The notes under the pieces: model-generated
What the model was told of the DNA's origin: nothing
Seen by the model: the letters and a program-made list of their open reading frames with translations, nothing else
The model's database searches: none
From: Polaribacter sp.
Lineage (GTDB): Bacteria > Bacteroidota > Bacteroidia > Flavobacteriales > Flavobacteriaceae
Length of the DNA stretch: 64,000 nt
Assembly: GCA_042091415.1 (NCBI GenBank)
Contig: JBELHK010000001.1
Coordinates: forward strand, 4,599-68,598
Reading direction: 5' to 3'
Part shown: positions 20,692-29,726 of the stretch, piece after piece
How the letters are laid out: every line of letters begins with the position of its first letter
Numbering within the stretch: position 1 is the first letter of the stretch
Translations under genes and position numbers: made by a program

Positions 20692-21444
20692 TTAAGAGTT
20701 CCAAATTCTCCAAGATTCTTCTGCTTGAAGTTGAAGCATTTCTAATCCGTTTTTTATCGTAGCTCCTTCAGCTTTTCCTTTAGCTAAAAACGTAGTTATT
20801 TTTGGATTATAAATTAAGTCGTATAAGAGGTGATTTTCGCTTATAAAATGATAAGGAATATTAGGGAAAAGTTCTGTCTTTGGCGAAGTCCCTAAAGGTG
20901 TACAGTTGATTACTAGATTAGTTTCCTTCATCATCTTTTCTGTAATATCTTCATAAGCTATTTCTACTTTAGATGACGGATTTCTAGAAACAAATTTAAA
21001 ATTTATAGCATTCTTTTTAAGTACATATGCAATTGCTTTAGAAGCACCTCCTGTACCTAAAATAAATGCTTTATTATGATTTGATTTCAGAAGAGGTTTT
21101 AAAGAATTCTCAAAACCAAAAGCATCTGTATTACAACCAACTAAATCTCCATTTTTTAAAAATTTAATAGTATTTACAGCTCCTATTTCAGAAGCAGTCT
21201 CATCTAAATTTGTTAAAATTGGTAGTATCTTTTCTTTATAAGGGATTGTAACGTTTAATCCTTTCAAATTTTCATGCTGATTTATAATTCTTGAAAAATC
21301 TTGAATATCAGCAATATCAAAATTTGTATACTCACAATCATTTAATTGTAAGTTTTTAAACTTTTCTGAAAAATAACTTTTAGAGAAAGAATAGGATATG
21401 TTTTCACCTAAAAGACCATATAATTTATTTTCTTTTTCTGTCAT
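20692..21444 (-). CDS. aroE: Shikimate dehydrogenase
   Basis: GLNVTIPYK, IGAVNT, NTD, GTGGAS, NCTPLG, DLIYNP, NGLEMLQLQA. Start taken at MTEKENK. Confidence 0.93.
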   Translation of the reverse strand: MTEKENKLYGLLGENISYSFSKSYFSEKFKNLQLNDCEYTNFDIADIQDFSRIINQHENLKGLNVTIPYKEKILPILTNLDETASEIGAVNTIKFLKNGDLVGCNTDAFGFENSLKPLLKSNHNKAFILGTGGASKAIAYVLKKNAINFKFVSRNPSSKVEIAYEDITEKMMKETNLVINCTPLGTSPKTELFPNIPYHFISENHLLYDLIYNPKITTFLAKGKAEGATIKNGLEMLQLQAEESWRIWNS

Positions 21445-22432
21445 AGTAATCAATAATTAAAACCAAGGAAACTCCTAATACGATGAATAAAATAGCTATT
21501 AATGTATCTGAAGCAGATAAATCTGGTAAGAATCTCTCATAATTTTCTATAATTTTATTTCCTTCATTATTTAATTTAAAAGAAGCGTTCTCTTTTAAAT
21601 AAACTGGATTTTTCCAAGGCCAAACTATACCTAAAGAACCAGTAATAAAACCGATAATTAAAGCGTTTACAATTTTATTGTATTTTTTTAAAAAATAGCC
21701 TAAAATATGAGATATTGATATTAACCCAAATACTGAACCTGCGAAAAAGACTGATATTATTTTTAAATAATGAACTTTATTTGGGTCTGATAAAACCTCA
21801 AAATTACCAGTTAAAATATTTGTTATAATACTAAAAAGAGCATTGACCGAATCAACTAAAAGTAAAACATAATTACCTAAGAGTATAAGAATAAAAGACC
21901 CTGAAAGCCCAGGAAATGTCATGCCTGATACACCAATTATTCCACAAAAGAAAACAAACCATAAGTTATCATTTTCTGTTGCGGGGCTTACAAATGTAAT
22001 GGCAATTCCTAAAAAAACACCAAGGACTAAAAAAGAAATATACGTTTTACTCCATTTACCAAAATCCTTAAAAATATAATAAATAGAACCAATGATTAAA
22101 CCAAAAAAGAAACTCCAAACATACAGTTCGTAATGTTTCAAAAAATAATCTAAAATAAGAGAAACACTGAAGTAACTAAATATACTTCCTCCCATTACGA
22201 AAAGTAAAAATTTTGAGTTTGTATATTCAAAAAAACTTCTAACTCTTCCGTTTAAGAGCAATCTTAGTGATTTTAAATTAATTTTTCTAAACGAAAAGAT
22301 TAATTCTTCATAAAAATCTAAAACATAAGAAACTGTTCCGCCAGAAACTCCAGGGACTTTATTAGCAGCTCCCATAGCGAGCCCCTTTAGAAATAAGTAG
22401 AAATTATCAATTATTCCTCTTTTTTTTCGCAT
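21425..22432 (-). CDS. DUF368 (PopT-like undecaprenyl-phosphate translocase family) protein, divergent copy
   Basis: Two re-entrant motifs, GAANKVPGVSGGT and MTFPGLSGS; multi-TM. Confidence 0.85.
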   Translation of the reverse strand: MRKKRGIIDNFYLFLKGLAMGAANKVPGVSGGTVSYVLDFYEELIFSFRKINLKSLRLLLNGRVRSFFEYTNSKFLLFVMGGSIFSYFSVSLILDYFLKHYELYVWSFFFGLIIGSIYYIFKDFGKWSKTYISFLVLGVFLGIAITFVSPATENDNLWFVFFCGIIGVSGMTFPGLSGSFILILLGNYVLLLVDSVNALFSIITNILTGNFEVLSDPNKVHYLKIISVFFAGSVFGLISISHILGYFLKKYNKIVNALIIGFITGSLGIVWPWKNPVYLKENASFKLNNEGNKIIENYERFLPDLSASDTLIAILFIVLGVSLVLIIDYYDRKRK

Positions 22433-23355
22433 TATTGTTTGTTTTCTGCAAATTTCTCCATCAACAAAATTAGAACAAAACCAACAATTGTAAGCGTTAT
22501 TGCAAGAACTAGTTGAGAATCTCCTTCATAAGAAAAAGGTAAGATACTTTTTTGATTGAAAGGAACTTTTTCTCCGTGAGAATTTATTCTCCAAGATAAT
22601 GTTTCTTTCCAAGGCCAAATTTTATTAAGCGAACCTATTATAAAGCCCGTTAAAACAGCTAAAGTATAATTTTTATAATTTGAAAAGAGCCACTTTAAAA
22701 CTTTTGAAAAAGTTAATAATCCTATAATTGCACCTAAACCAACAACTGCAATTGTTTTTAAATCTTTTTCATTTAATGCATTTAAAATTGATTTATATGC
22801 ACCTAAAAGAACTAATATAAACGCACCTGAAATACCAGGTAATATCATTGCACAAATTGCCAAAGCACCTGCTAAAAAAAGAAAATAGATAGATGAATTT
22901 TCAGTAACCAAAGGATTTAATGTGGTTATATAATAGGCTAAAAAAGCAGACAAAAACAATAATACAAATGTTAAAATATTCCATTTTTTAATCTGTTTTG
23001 CAACATAAAATATACTTGCTAAAACCAACCCAAAGAAAAAAGACCATAATAAAATCGGTTCGTTTTCTAATAAATATTTTAAAATTTTAGCAAAAGATAA
23101 AACGCTTATCAAAATACCAACTAAAAGAGATAATAAGAAATTACCATTCGCTTGTTTCCAAGCTTTGGCAAAACCATCATCTTTCAAGATTTTAAGTAAA
23201 TTAATATTTATGTTACTAATTGAACTTAATAGTTCTTCATAAATACCAGAAATAAATGCTATTGTACCCCCAGAAACTCCAGGAACAACATCTGCAGCTC
23301 CCATTGCCATTCCTTTAAAACCAATTATTAAATAATCTTTTATAGATCTATTCAT
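22432..23355 (-). CDS. DUF368 (PopT-like undecaprenyl-phosphate translocase family) protein, canonical copy
   Basis: GAADVVPGVSGGTIA and AMILPGISGA motifs. Confidence 0.9.
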   Translation of the reverse strand: MNRSIKDYLIIGFKGMAMGAADVVPGVSGGTIAFISGIYEELLSSISNININLLKILKDDGFAKAWKQANGNFLLSLLVGILISVLSFAKILKYLLENEPILLWSFFFGLVLASIFYVAKQIKKWNILTFVLLFLSAFLAYYITTLNPLVTENSSIYFLFLAGALAICAMILPGISGAFILVLLGAYKSILNALNEKDLKTIAVVGLGAIIGLLTFSKVLKWLFSNYKNYTLAVLTGFIIGSLNKIWPWKETLSWRINSHGEKVPFNQKSILPFSYEGDSQLVLAITLTIVGFVLILLMEKFAENKQ

Positions 23356-23451
23356 TTTGTAATTTTAGATAACGAAGATAATAGATTTTAAAGAAAACTT
23401 AACATCTCATAATATTTAAAGTTTTTACTTTTGACCCTTTAAAACTTCATT

Positions 23452-24198
23452 ATGAAAACTATTTTAACCGTATTTTTTCTTTCCTTTTCTTGTTTATTTT
23501 TTAATAAAAGTGATTTTAAATCAACCAAAAAAGAAAATCTAGTAAAGATTACTCCTATTTCACATGCTACAGCCGTTATAGAATACAATAATGAAACTAT
23601 TTATATAGACCCTACAGGTGGTGCAAAGGCATTTCAAAAATTTAAAACTCCAGATTATATTGTTATAACTGATGTTCATGGAGATCATATGAATATGAAA
23701 ACCCTAAATCAACTTGATTTAAATGAGACAAAAATTATAGCGCCAAAAGCTGTTGCTGATAAATTACAAAATCTAAGTTCCGAAAAAATAATTATCATTA
23801 ATAATGGTGAAACAAAAAAATTAAAAAACTTCTCAATAGAAGCTATTCCCATGTATAATTTAAGAGAAGAAGCTCTAAAATTCCATCGTAAAGGAAGAGG
23901 AAATGGTTATGTTTTTACAATCAATAAAGAACGCATATATTTTTCTGGAGATACTGAAGATATACCAGAAATGAGAAATTTAAAAAAAATTGACAAAGCT
24001 TTTATTTGTATGAATTTACCTTACACAATGACTGTTGAGAATGCTGCTAGTGCTGTTTTAGAGTTTAAACCTAAAAAGGTATACCCTTATCATTACAGAG
24101 GTACAAATGGCTTTAGTGATGTGAAAAAGTTCAAGGAAATTGTAACAAATAAAAGTAGAAAAATTGAAGTTATTCAATTAGACTGGTACTCGAATTAG
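23452..24198 (+). CDS. Secreted MBL-fold metallo-hydrolase
   Basis: Signal peptide; HAT, YIDP, ITDVHGDH, FSGDT, YPYHY. Promoter element TACTTTTG at 23426-23433. Confidence 0.82.
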   Translation: MKTILTVFFLSFSCLFFNKSDFKSTKKENLVKITPISHATAVIEYNNETIYIDPTGGAKAFQKFKTPDYIVITDVHGDHMNMKTLNQLDLNETKIIAPKAVADKLQNLSSEKIIIINNGETKKLKNFSIEAIPMYNLREEALKFHRKGRGNGYVFTINKERIYFSGDTEDIPEMRNLKKIDKAFICMNLPYTMTVENAASAVLEFKPKKVYPYHYRGTNGFSDVKKFKEIVTNKSRKIEVIQLDWYSN

Positions 24199-24210
24199 CA
24201 TTTTCTATTA

Positions 24211-25581
24211 TTATTTTCTTTTAAAACTTGAAAGTAATTTTTGTATTTCAGCATCATTGTAAGCAATTGGATATAATTCCTTTAAAATAGATTGATAATT
24301 GAAATCTATATTTAAAGCATTGGTAAAATGACTCAAAGCGAACTTTCTTTTATTTAAAATTAACAACAAGCCTGCTAATCTGTATTCAATTTCTGCAAAA
24401 TTTTTATAGAATTTTTGTGCTTTAAATAAAATTGAAATCGCATCATTAAACTCACCTAAAAAAGAAAATAGATCTGTTAAACCAATGTAAACCTCTAACT
24501 CGTTATCATTTAAAAGTAGACACTTTTTATATCCGTTTATGGCTTCTTCATAAAAGTTTAATTTTGTTTGAATTTCGGCATAAATCCTCCAATAAACAGG
24601 ATTATCCTCATCAATTCTTAAAGCTTTGGCTATAAAATAAGAGGCTTTTTGATAATTTTCTAAATAGTAATAAAGATTTGTTAAAAGGAGCCAACCTTTA
24701 TCTAATAAAGGATCTTCGTGTACCGCTTTTTTATAAAAGCTTATGGCCTCATCAAATTTTTCTAATTTTTCATAACATTCCCCAATTCTAATAAAAACAA
24801 AAGCAGTAGGATCATCTAATTGCAGTGTAATCGAATAATTCTCAATAGCTTCATCATATTTACCAAGTTGCTCAAGAGTCTTTGCTTTTTCTAAATATCC
24901 GCCAATAAAAGATTCATCAATTAAAACAGCATAATCGAAAGAAGTAAGAGCTTCTTTGTACATATCTAGCACGAAATATTGCCTCCCTAATTGATGCCAT
25001 GCAACTTCACAATAAGGATTTCTATCAATATAAGTGTTTAGATATTTTATTGCAGATTTATGCTCTTTCTCCATATCAAAACAATAAACAATATTATATA
25101 ATGCAGAGTAATCTTCGTAATCTACATCAATACATTTTGCAAAATTTAATCTTGCGTTTTCGTAATCATCTAAATATAGATACTCCATTCCCAACAAAGA
25201 CCAAACATCAACTTTTTCTTGAGTAAAACTTAACGCTTTTTTTAAATTTAAAATTGCCTCTTTATGGTTTGATTGCTTTGATGCTATTGTTGCTTTCTGA
25301 ATAAAAACCTCATCGTTATTTGGATCTATATTTTCAATGATTTTAAGTAAGATTACCGCACTATCTAAATTATCTTCAAAAATAAAAAGTTCAACTTGCA
25401 ATAATTTTAAATCAACAGAATGCGGATGCTGCTCTAAACCTAATTTTACAGCTTTTTTAGCCAAATTGTGTTTACCCGCATCTAAATAATGAATTATAAT
25501 TTCCTCAAATTCAACCAAATCAAAAAAATAGATATCATTGGTTTTTAGCATATTTTCAAACTTCACTAAAGACATGGCCAA
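24211..25581 (-). CDS. Tetratricopeptide repeat protein
   Basis: Multiple TPR-like units (e.g. AWHQLGRQY...EALTSFDYAV); conserved Bacteroidota N-terminus KFENMLKTN..FFD..EFEEII. Confidence 0.88.
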   Translation of the reverse strand: MAMSLVKFENMLKTNDIYFFDLVEFEEIIIHYLDAGKHNLAKKAVKLGLEQHPHSVDLKLLQVELFIFEDNLDSAVILLKIIENIDPNNDEVFIQKATIASKQSNHKEAILNLKKALSFTQEKVDVWSLLGMEYLYLDDYENARLNFAKCIDVDYEDYSALYNIVYCFDMEKEHKSAIKYLNTYIDRNPYCEVAWHQLGRQYFVLDMYKEALTSFDYAVLIDESFIGGYLEKAKTLEQLGKYDEAIENYSITLQLDDPTAFVFIRIGECYEKLEKFDEAISFYKKAVHEDPLLDKGWLLLTNLYYYLENYQKASYFIAKALRIDEDNPVYWRIYAEIQTKLNFYEEAINGYKKCLLLNDNELEVYIGLTDLFSFLGEFNDAISILFKAQKFYKNFAEIEYRLAGLLLILNKRKFALSHFTNALNIDFNYQSILKELYPIAYNDAEIQKLLSSFKRK

Positions 25582-25765
25582 GAGATAATATTTGTTTTAT
25601 AAATGTACTACAAGTCTTTATTTGCTTTTAAAAACAAAGTTTTTCTTTTCAACAATTTAATTAACAAAATGAAATCTTTTTTACACACTTTAAATTTTGC
25701 ATATACAGTAATTTGCATTATTTTTGATTTTCAATTACTATCAACTAAAATATGATAGGTCTTTT

Positions 25766-26305
25766 ATGAGCAAAAAAACACTTCTTAACTCAAAAGATAT
25801 TGAAATTATTTTGCACAGGTTAGCTTGTCAGTTAATCGAAAATCATAATGATTTTTCTAATTCTGTTTTAATAGGATTACAACCTAGAGGCTCTTTTCTA
25901 GCAAATAGGCTAATAAATATCTTAGAGAACGAATACAACATCAAAAATTTAGAATCTGGTTTTTTAGATATCACTTTTTACAGAGATGATTTTAGAAGAA
26001 GAGATGAACCTCTAAAAGCTGAATCAACTGAAATTAATTTTTTAATAGAAAATAAAAGAGTTGTAATTATCGATGATGTTTTATATTCAGGGAGAAGTGT
26101 TAGAGCAGCATTAACTGCTTTACAATCTTATGGTAGGCCAAAAAACATCGAACTTCTTGTTTTAGTTGACAGACGCTTCAGTAGACATTTACCAATTCAA
26201 CCTAATTATAGAGGAAGACAAGTAGATGCTATAAATCAAGAAAAGGTATTAGTTTCTTGGAAAGAAACAAATAATAAAGATGCAGTTTATATAGAACAAA
26301 AATAA
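25766..26305 (+). CDS. pyrR: Bifunctional pyr operon regulator / uracil phosphoribosyltransferase PyrR
   Basis: LDITFYRDD, IDDVLYSGRSVRAAL, LVDR....LPI. Start at ATG 25766 (MSKK) rather than TTG 25724. Confidence 0.93.
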   Translation: MSKKTLLNSKDIEIILHRLACQLIENHNDFSNSVLIGLQPRGSFLANRLINILENEYNIKNLESGFLDITFYRDDFRRRDEPLKAESTEINFLIENKRVVIIDDVLYSGRSVRAALTALQSYGRPKNIELLVLVDRRFSRHLPIQPNYRGRQVDAINQEKVLVSWKETNNKDAVYIEQK

Positions 26306-26306
26306 T

Positions 26307-27236
26307 ATGGATCAGTTAAGTGTAGAAAATTTATTAGGAATAAAATATCTTACTAAAAATGATATTGATCTAATATTTAAAACTGCAGATGGTTTTAAGG
26401 AAGTAATAAATAGACCTATTAAAAAAGTTCCTTCTCTAAGAGATATAACAATAGCAAACTTATTTTTTGAAAACAGCACAAGAACAAAACTATCTTTTGA
26501 ACTTGCTGAAAAAAGATTATCTGCTGATGTAATAAACTTTTCTGCAAATCAATCTTCTGTAAAAAAAGGAGAAACATTAATTGATACTGTTAACAATATT
26601 TTATCTATGAAAGTAGATATTGTTGTTATGAGACATGGAAATGTTGGTGCTGGAGTATTTTTATCGAAACATGTAAATGCTAAAATAATTAATGCTGGTG
26701 ATGGCACTCATGAACACCCAACTCAAGCCTTATTAGATTCTTATTCTATAAGAGAAAAACTAGGTTCTGTAAAAGGAAAAAAAATTGTTATAATCGGAGA
26801 TATACTTCACTCAAGAGTTGCTCTTTCTAATATATTTGCCCTACAATTGCAAGGAGCAAAAGTAAAAGTTTGTGGTCCTACAACTCTAATACCAAAATAT
26901 ATAAGTAGTTTAGGAGTTGAAGTAGAAACAAATTTAAATAAAGCTCTAGAGTGGTGTGATGTTGCCAATGTTTTAAGAGTTCAACATGAAAGAATGGATA
27001 TTAAATACTTTCCTTCAACTCGCGAATACACACAACTTTTTGGAATCAATAAATCTATTTTAGATAAGCTTAACAACAAAGTTGTTATCATGCATCCAGG
27101 ACCAATTAATAGAGGAGTTGAAATTACTAGTGATGTTGCCGATTCGAATCAATCTATAATTTTAAATCAGGTAGAAAACGGAGTCGCAGTTAGAATGGCT
27201 GTTATATATTTACTAGCACAACAGATAAAAAGATAA
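26307..27236 (+). CDS. pyrB: Aspartate carbamoyltransferase catalytic subunit
   Basis: FFENSTRT, INAGDG.HEHPTQALLD, GDILHSRV, MHPGPINRG. Confidence 0.97.
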   Translation: MDQLSVENLLGIKYLTKNDIDLIFKTADGFKEVINRPIKKVPSLRDITIANLFFENSTRTKLSFELAEKRLSADVINFSANQSSVKKGETLIDTVNNILSMKVDIVVMRHGNVGAGVFLSKHVNAKIINAGDGTHEHPTQALLDSYSIREKLGSVKGKKIVIIGDILHSRVALSNIFALQLQGAKVKVCGPTTLIPKYISSLGVEVETNLNKALEWCDVANVLRVQHERMDIKYFPSTREYTQLFGINKSILDKLNNKVVIMHPGPINRGVEITSDVADSNQSIILNQVENGVAVRMAVIYLLAQQIKR

Positions 27237-27238
27237 AG

Positions 27239-27571
27239 GTGCAAATAGAAAGAAAAGAAAAATATACACTAATACATACTAAAGAAAATTCTTTTGATAA
27301 TTTTCTTAAAGAGATCTCGAATATCTTACAAAATTTTGAAAATGAGGATTTAATATTAGAAATTTCTAATTTCATTAACTTTAAAGAAGAAGATTTTTCA
27401 TTACTTTTGGATATAAAGACAAAAAAAAATAAAAATGGTACGTCTTTTGTTATTGTAAATAATAATGTATCCATTGATAACCTTCCTGAATCTCTTAATA
27501 TTGCGCCTACAATTACTGAAGCTGAAGACATCTTAGAAATAGAGGCGATAGAAAGAGAGTTGGGTTTCTAA
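27239..27571 (+). CDS. Conserved small acidic protein (possible degenerate STAS-like fold)
   Basis: GTG start 2 nt after the pyrB stop; C-terminus APT..EAEDILEIEAIERELGF resembles a conserved Bacteroidota family. Confidence 0.7.
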   Translation: MQIERKEKYTLIHTKENSFDNFLKEISNILQNFENEDLILEISNFINFKEEDFSLLLDIKTKKNKNGTSFVIVNNNVSIDNLPESLNIAPTITEAEDILEIEAIERELGF

Positions 27572-27585
27572 CTCCCCCAATTAAA

Positions 27586-27906
27586 ATGATTAAAAAATTA
27601 CTTCTAATTCTGTTTATTTCTTTGACAACAATAGTTAGTTCTCAAGAGAAATCAATTAGCAACCTCTCTGCTGCTCCAAACCCTTTTAATATTTCAACAC
27701 AAATTACTTTTACAAGTTCAAAGACATCAAATGTTATTTTTACGATTATTAATGTATTAGGAAAAACTGTTCACAAAAAAGTTTTTAAAGCAAAAAAAGG
27801 CTTAAACAATATTCCTTTTTCAAAAGGAAATTTAAATACCGGTGTTTATATATATTCACTACAAAATGAAACAAAAATAATTTCAAAACGTTTTGTTATT
27901 AAATGA
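27586..27906 (+). CDS. Small secreted protein consisting of a signal peptide plus T9SS type A CTD
   Basis: MIKKLLLILF..SS|Q signal, then PNPF...INVLGK...LNTGVYIYSL...KRFVIK. Confidence 0.82.
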   Translation: MIKKLLLILFISLTTIVSSQEKSISNLSAAPNPFNISTQITFTSSKTSNVIFTIINVLGKTVHKKVFKAKKGLNNIPFSKGNLNTGVYIYSLQNETKIISKRFVIK

Positions 27907-28820
27907 GTATTAAACTAACCATTTTAGGATGCCACTCTGCAACACCTCGTGAAAACGCATATCCTACATCGCAATATTTAGAAATAAATAATAGACACTT
28001 TTTAATTGATTGCGGAGAAGGAACACAGCGCCAAATGAGAAAATACAAAGTAAGTTTTTCAAGAATAAATCATATTTTTATTTCGCACTTACATGGTGAT
28101 CATTTTTTTGGTTTGGTTGGTCTCTTGTCTACATTTGGTATTTTAGGAAGAGAAAAAGAACTGCATATTTTTGGACCGAAGGGAATAAAAGAAATTACTT
28201 TACTTAATCTTAAAGTTTCTCAATCTCATGCAAAGTTTCCAATGATATTTCATGAGTTATCATCAAAAAAAAGTGAACTAATTTTCGAAGATGATAAAGT
28301 TTCGGTAAAAACAATTCCTCTAGATCATAGAGTTTATACAAATGGATATTTATTTACAGAAAAACCAAAACCAAAAAACCTAAATTTAGAAAACATACAA
28401 AATTATTCTGAAATTGGTAGAGCTGATTATTTAAATATTAAAGCCGGTAAAGACTATAAATTATCAAACGGAAAAATTATACCCAACTCAGAACTAACTT
28501 TACCACCTAAAAAGTTATTAAGTTTTGCTTTTTGTAGCGATACTACATATAAACCAGACAATATTTCTATAATTAAAAATGTAGATTTATTATATCATGA
28601 GGCAACTTTTTTAGACGATAGAAGAGATTTAGCAATTAAAACAAAACACTCAACAACAATTCAAGCAGCATTAATTGCTAAAGAAAGTAATGTTAAAAAA
28701 TTAATCATTGGTCATTATTCTGGAAGATATAAAGAAGTTTCTGTTTTTAAAGAAGAAGCTCAAACAGTCTTTGTAAATACTGAATTAGCTAAACCAGGTA
28801 AAATATTTAATGTTATATGA
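27903..28820 (+). CDS. rnz: Ribonuclease Z
   Basis: LIDCGEGTQ, SHLHGDH, CSDT, HEATF, HST, GHYSGRY. Confidence 0.95.
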   Translation: MSIKLTILGCHSATPRENAYPTSQYLEINNRHFLIDCGEGTQRQMRKYKVSFSRINHIFISHLHGDHFFGLVGLLSTFGILGREKELHIFGPKGIKEITLLNLKVSQSHAKFPMIFHELSSKKSELIFEDDKVSVKTIPLDHRVYTNGYLFTEKPKPKNLNLENIQNYSEIGRADYLNIKAGKDYKLSNGKIIPNSELTLPPKKLLSFAFCSDTTYKPDNISIIKNVDLLYHEATFLDDRRDLAIKTKHSTTIQAALIAKESNVKKLIIGHYSGRYKEVSVFKEEAQTVFVNTELAKPGKIFNVI

Positions 28821-29587
28821 AAAAAGAAAATATTAATTCTATTTATGGTGAAATCTTCAGCAGCTATTCTAATATTCAATTAAAAGATCACGTTAATAAA
28901 ATAATAGAATTAGATAATTTTTACCCCTACGATTCTACCTTTTTTTGCATAACAAATACAGTAAAAAAATCATTCGAATTTGTAAGCAAAAACTTCAAAG
29001 CTTGTACAGGCCTAGAAAAAGAAGATTTATTGGAAAATGGGATGGATTATTTTTGGTCATTATTTCATCCTGATGACATTAAATTATGGATTAAAAGCCT
29101 GCAACAACTTATGCATTTTACAATGCATGAATTAAATGATGAACAAAGAAAAAGGATGAGTTATACATGGAATTACAGAATAAAGAACTCTGATGGAGTT
29201 TATGTAAATATAATTCAAAATACTACTCCAATACAATTCGATGAATCAAAAAAACCTGTTATTGGTTTAGCTCACTATACTGTTTTGCACGGAGATACAA
29301 AAATGGATATTTGCGCAAGTGCTAAATATTTAAATAAAAATAATGAGTATGAAACTTTATTTTATCAAAATGTAACCAATTCTAACGTTTTAGACGCAAT
29401 TAGTAATAGAGAAAGAGATGTTGCTCGTTTATTAATTACGAAAAAAACAAGTAACGAAATAGCTGACACATTAAATATAAGCAAACATACTGTTGATACT
29501 CATAGAAGAAATATTCTAAAAAAATTAAATTTATCTTCTACTTTTCAATTAATAAATCATTTTAAAAATAATCATAAACTAATATAA
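28817..29587 (+). CDS. PAS-domain LuxR-family transcriptional regulator
   Basis: PAS_3-like segment (FHPDD...YRIKNSDG.Y) and C-terminal LuxR HTH (ISNRERDV...EIADTLNISKHTVDTHRRNILKKL). ATGA overlap with rnz. Confidence 0.9.
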   Translation: MKKENINSIYGEIFSSYSNIQLKDHVNKIIELDNFYPYDSTFFCITNTVKKSFEFVSKNFKACTGLEKEDLLENGMDYFWSLFHPDDIKLWIKSLQQLMHFTMHELNDEQRKRMSYTWNYRIKNSDGVYVNIIQNTTPIQFDESKKPVIGLAHYTVLHGDTKMDICASAKYLNKNNEYETLFYQNVTNSNVLDAISNRERDVARLLITKKTSNEIADTLNISKHTVDTHRRNILKKLNLSSTFQLINHFKNNHKLI

Positions 29588-29634
29588 ATACTCATTTTGA
29601 GTATTGTATTTCATCAATCTACAAATTAATTTTG
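29587..29634 (+). promoter_or_regulatory. Inverted-repeat operator overlapping a Bacteroidota promoter
   Basis: AATACTCA-TTT-TGAGTATT (29587-29605), then TTG (29604-29606), 20 nt, and TAATTTTG (29627-29634), matching the -33/-7 consensus spacing. Confidence 0.6.
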
Positions 29635-29639
29635 GCGCT

Positions 29640-29726
29640 CATTATCGTGGATTGATTTTGTGGTTTTTATTTGCTATAATAAAGAAGATTTTATTCCCCC
29701 GAAAAACTTAATCAATCCACTTTTTT
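29640..29726 (+). ncRNA. Candidate small RNA (~85 nt stem-loop)
   Basis: Perfect 11-bp stem GTGGATTGATT (29647-29657) / AATCAATCCAC (29710-29720) followed by a T-run. Lies immediately downstream of a consensus promoter, with no annotated gene on +. Confidence 0.45.

Noticed and set aside
29640-29726. Known riboswitch (e.g. SAM-II) at the stem-loop behind the LuxR gene
   Set aside because: No downstream + strand gene to regulate, and I could not match the conserved aptamer nucleotides. Kept only as a candidate sRNA.
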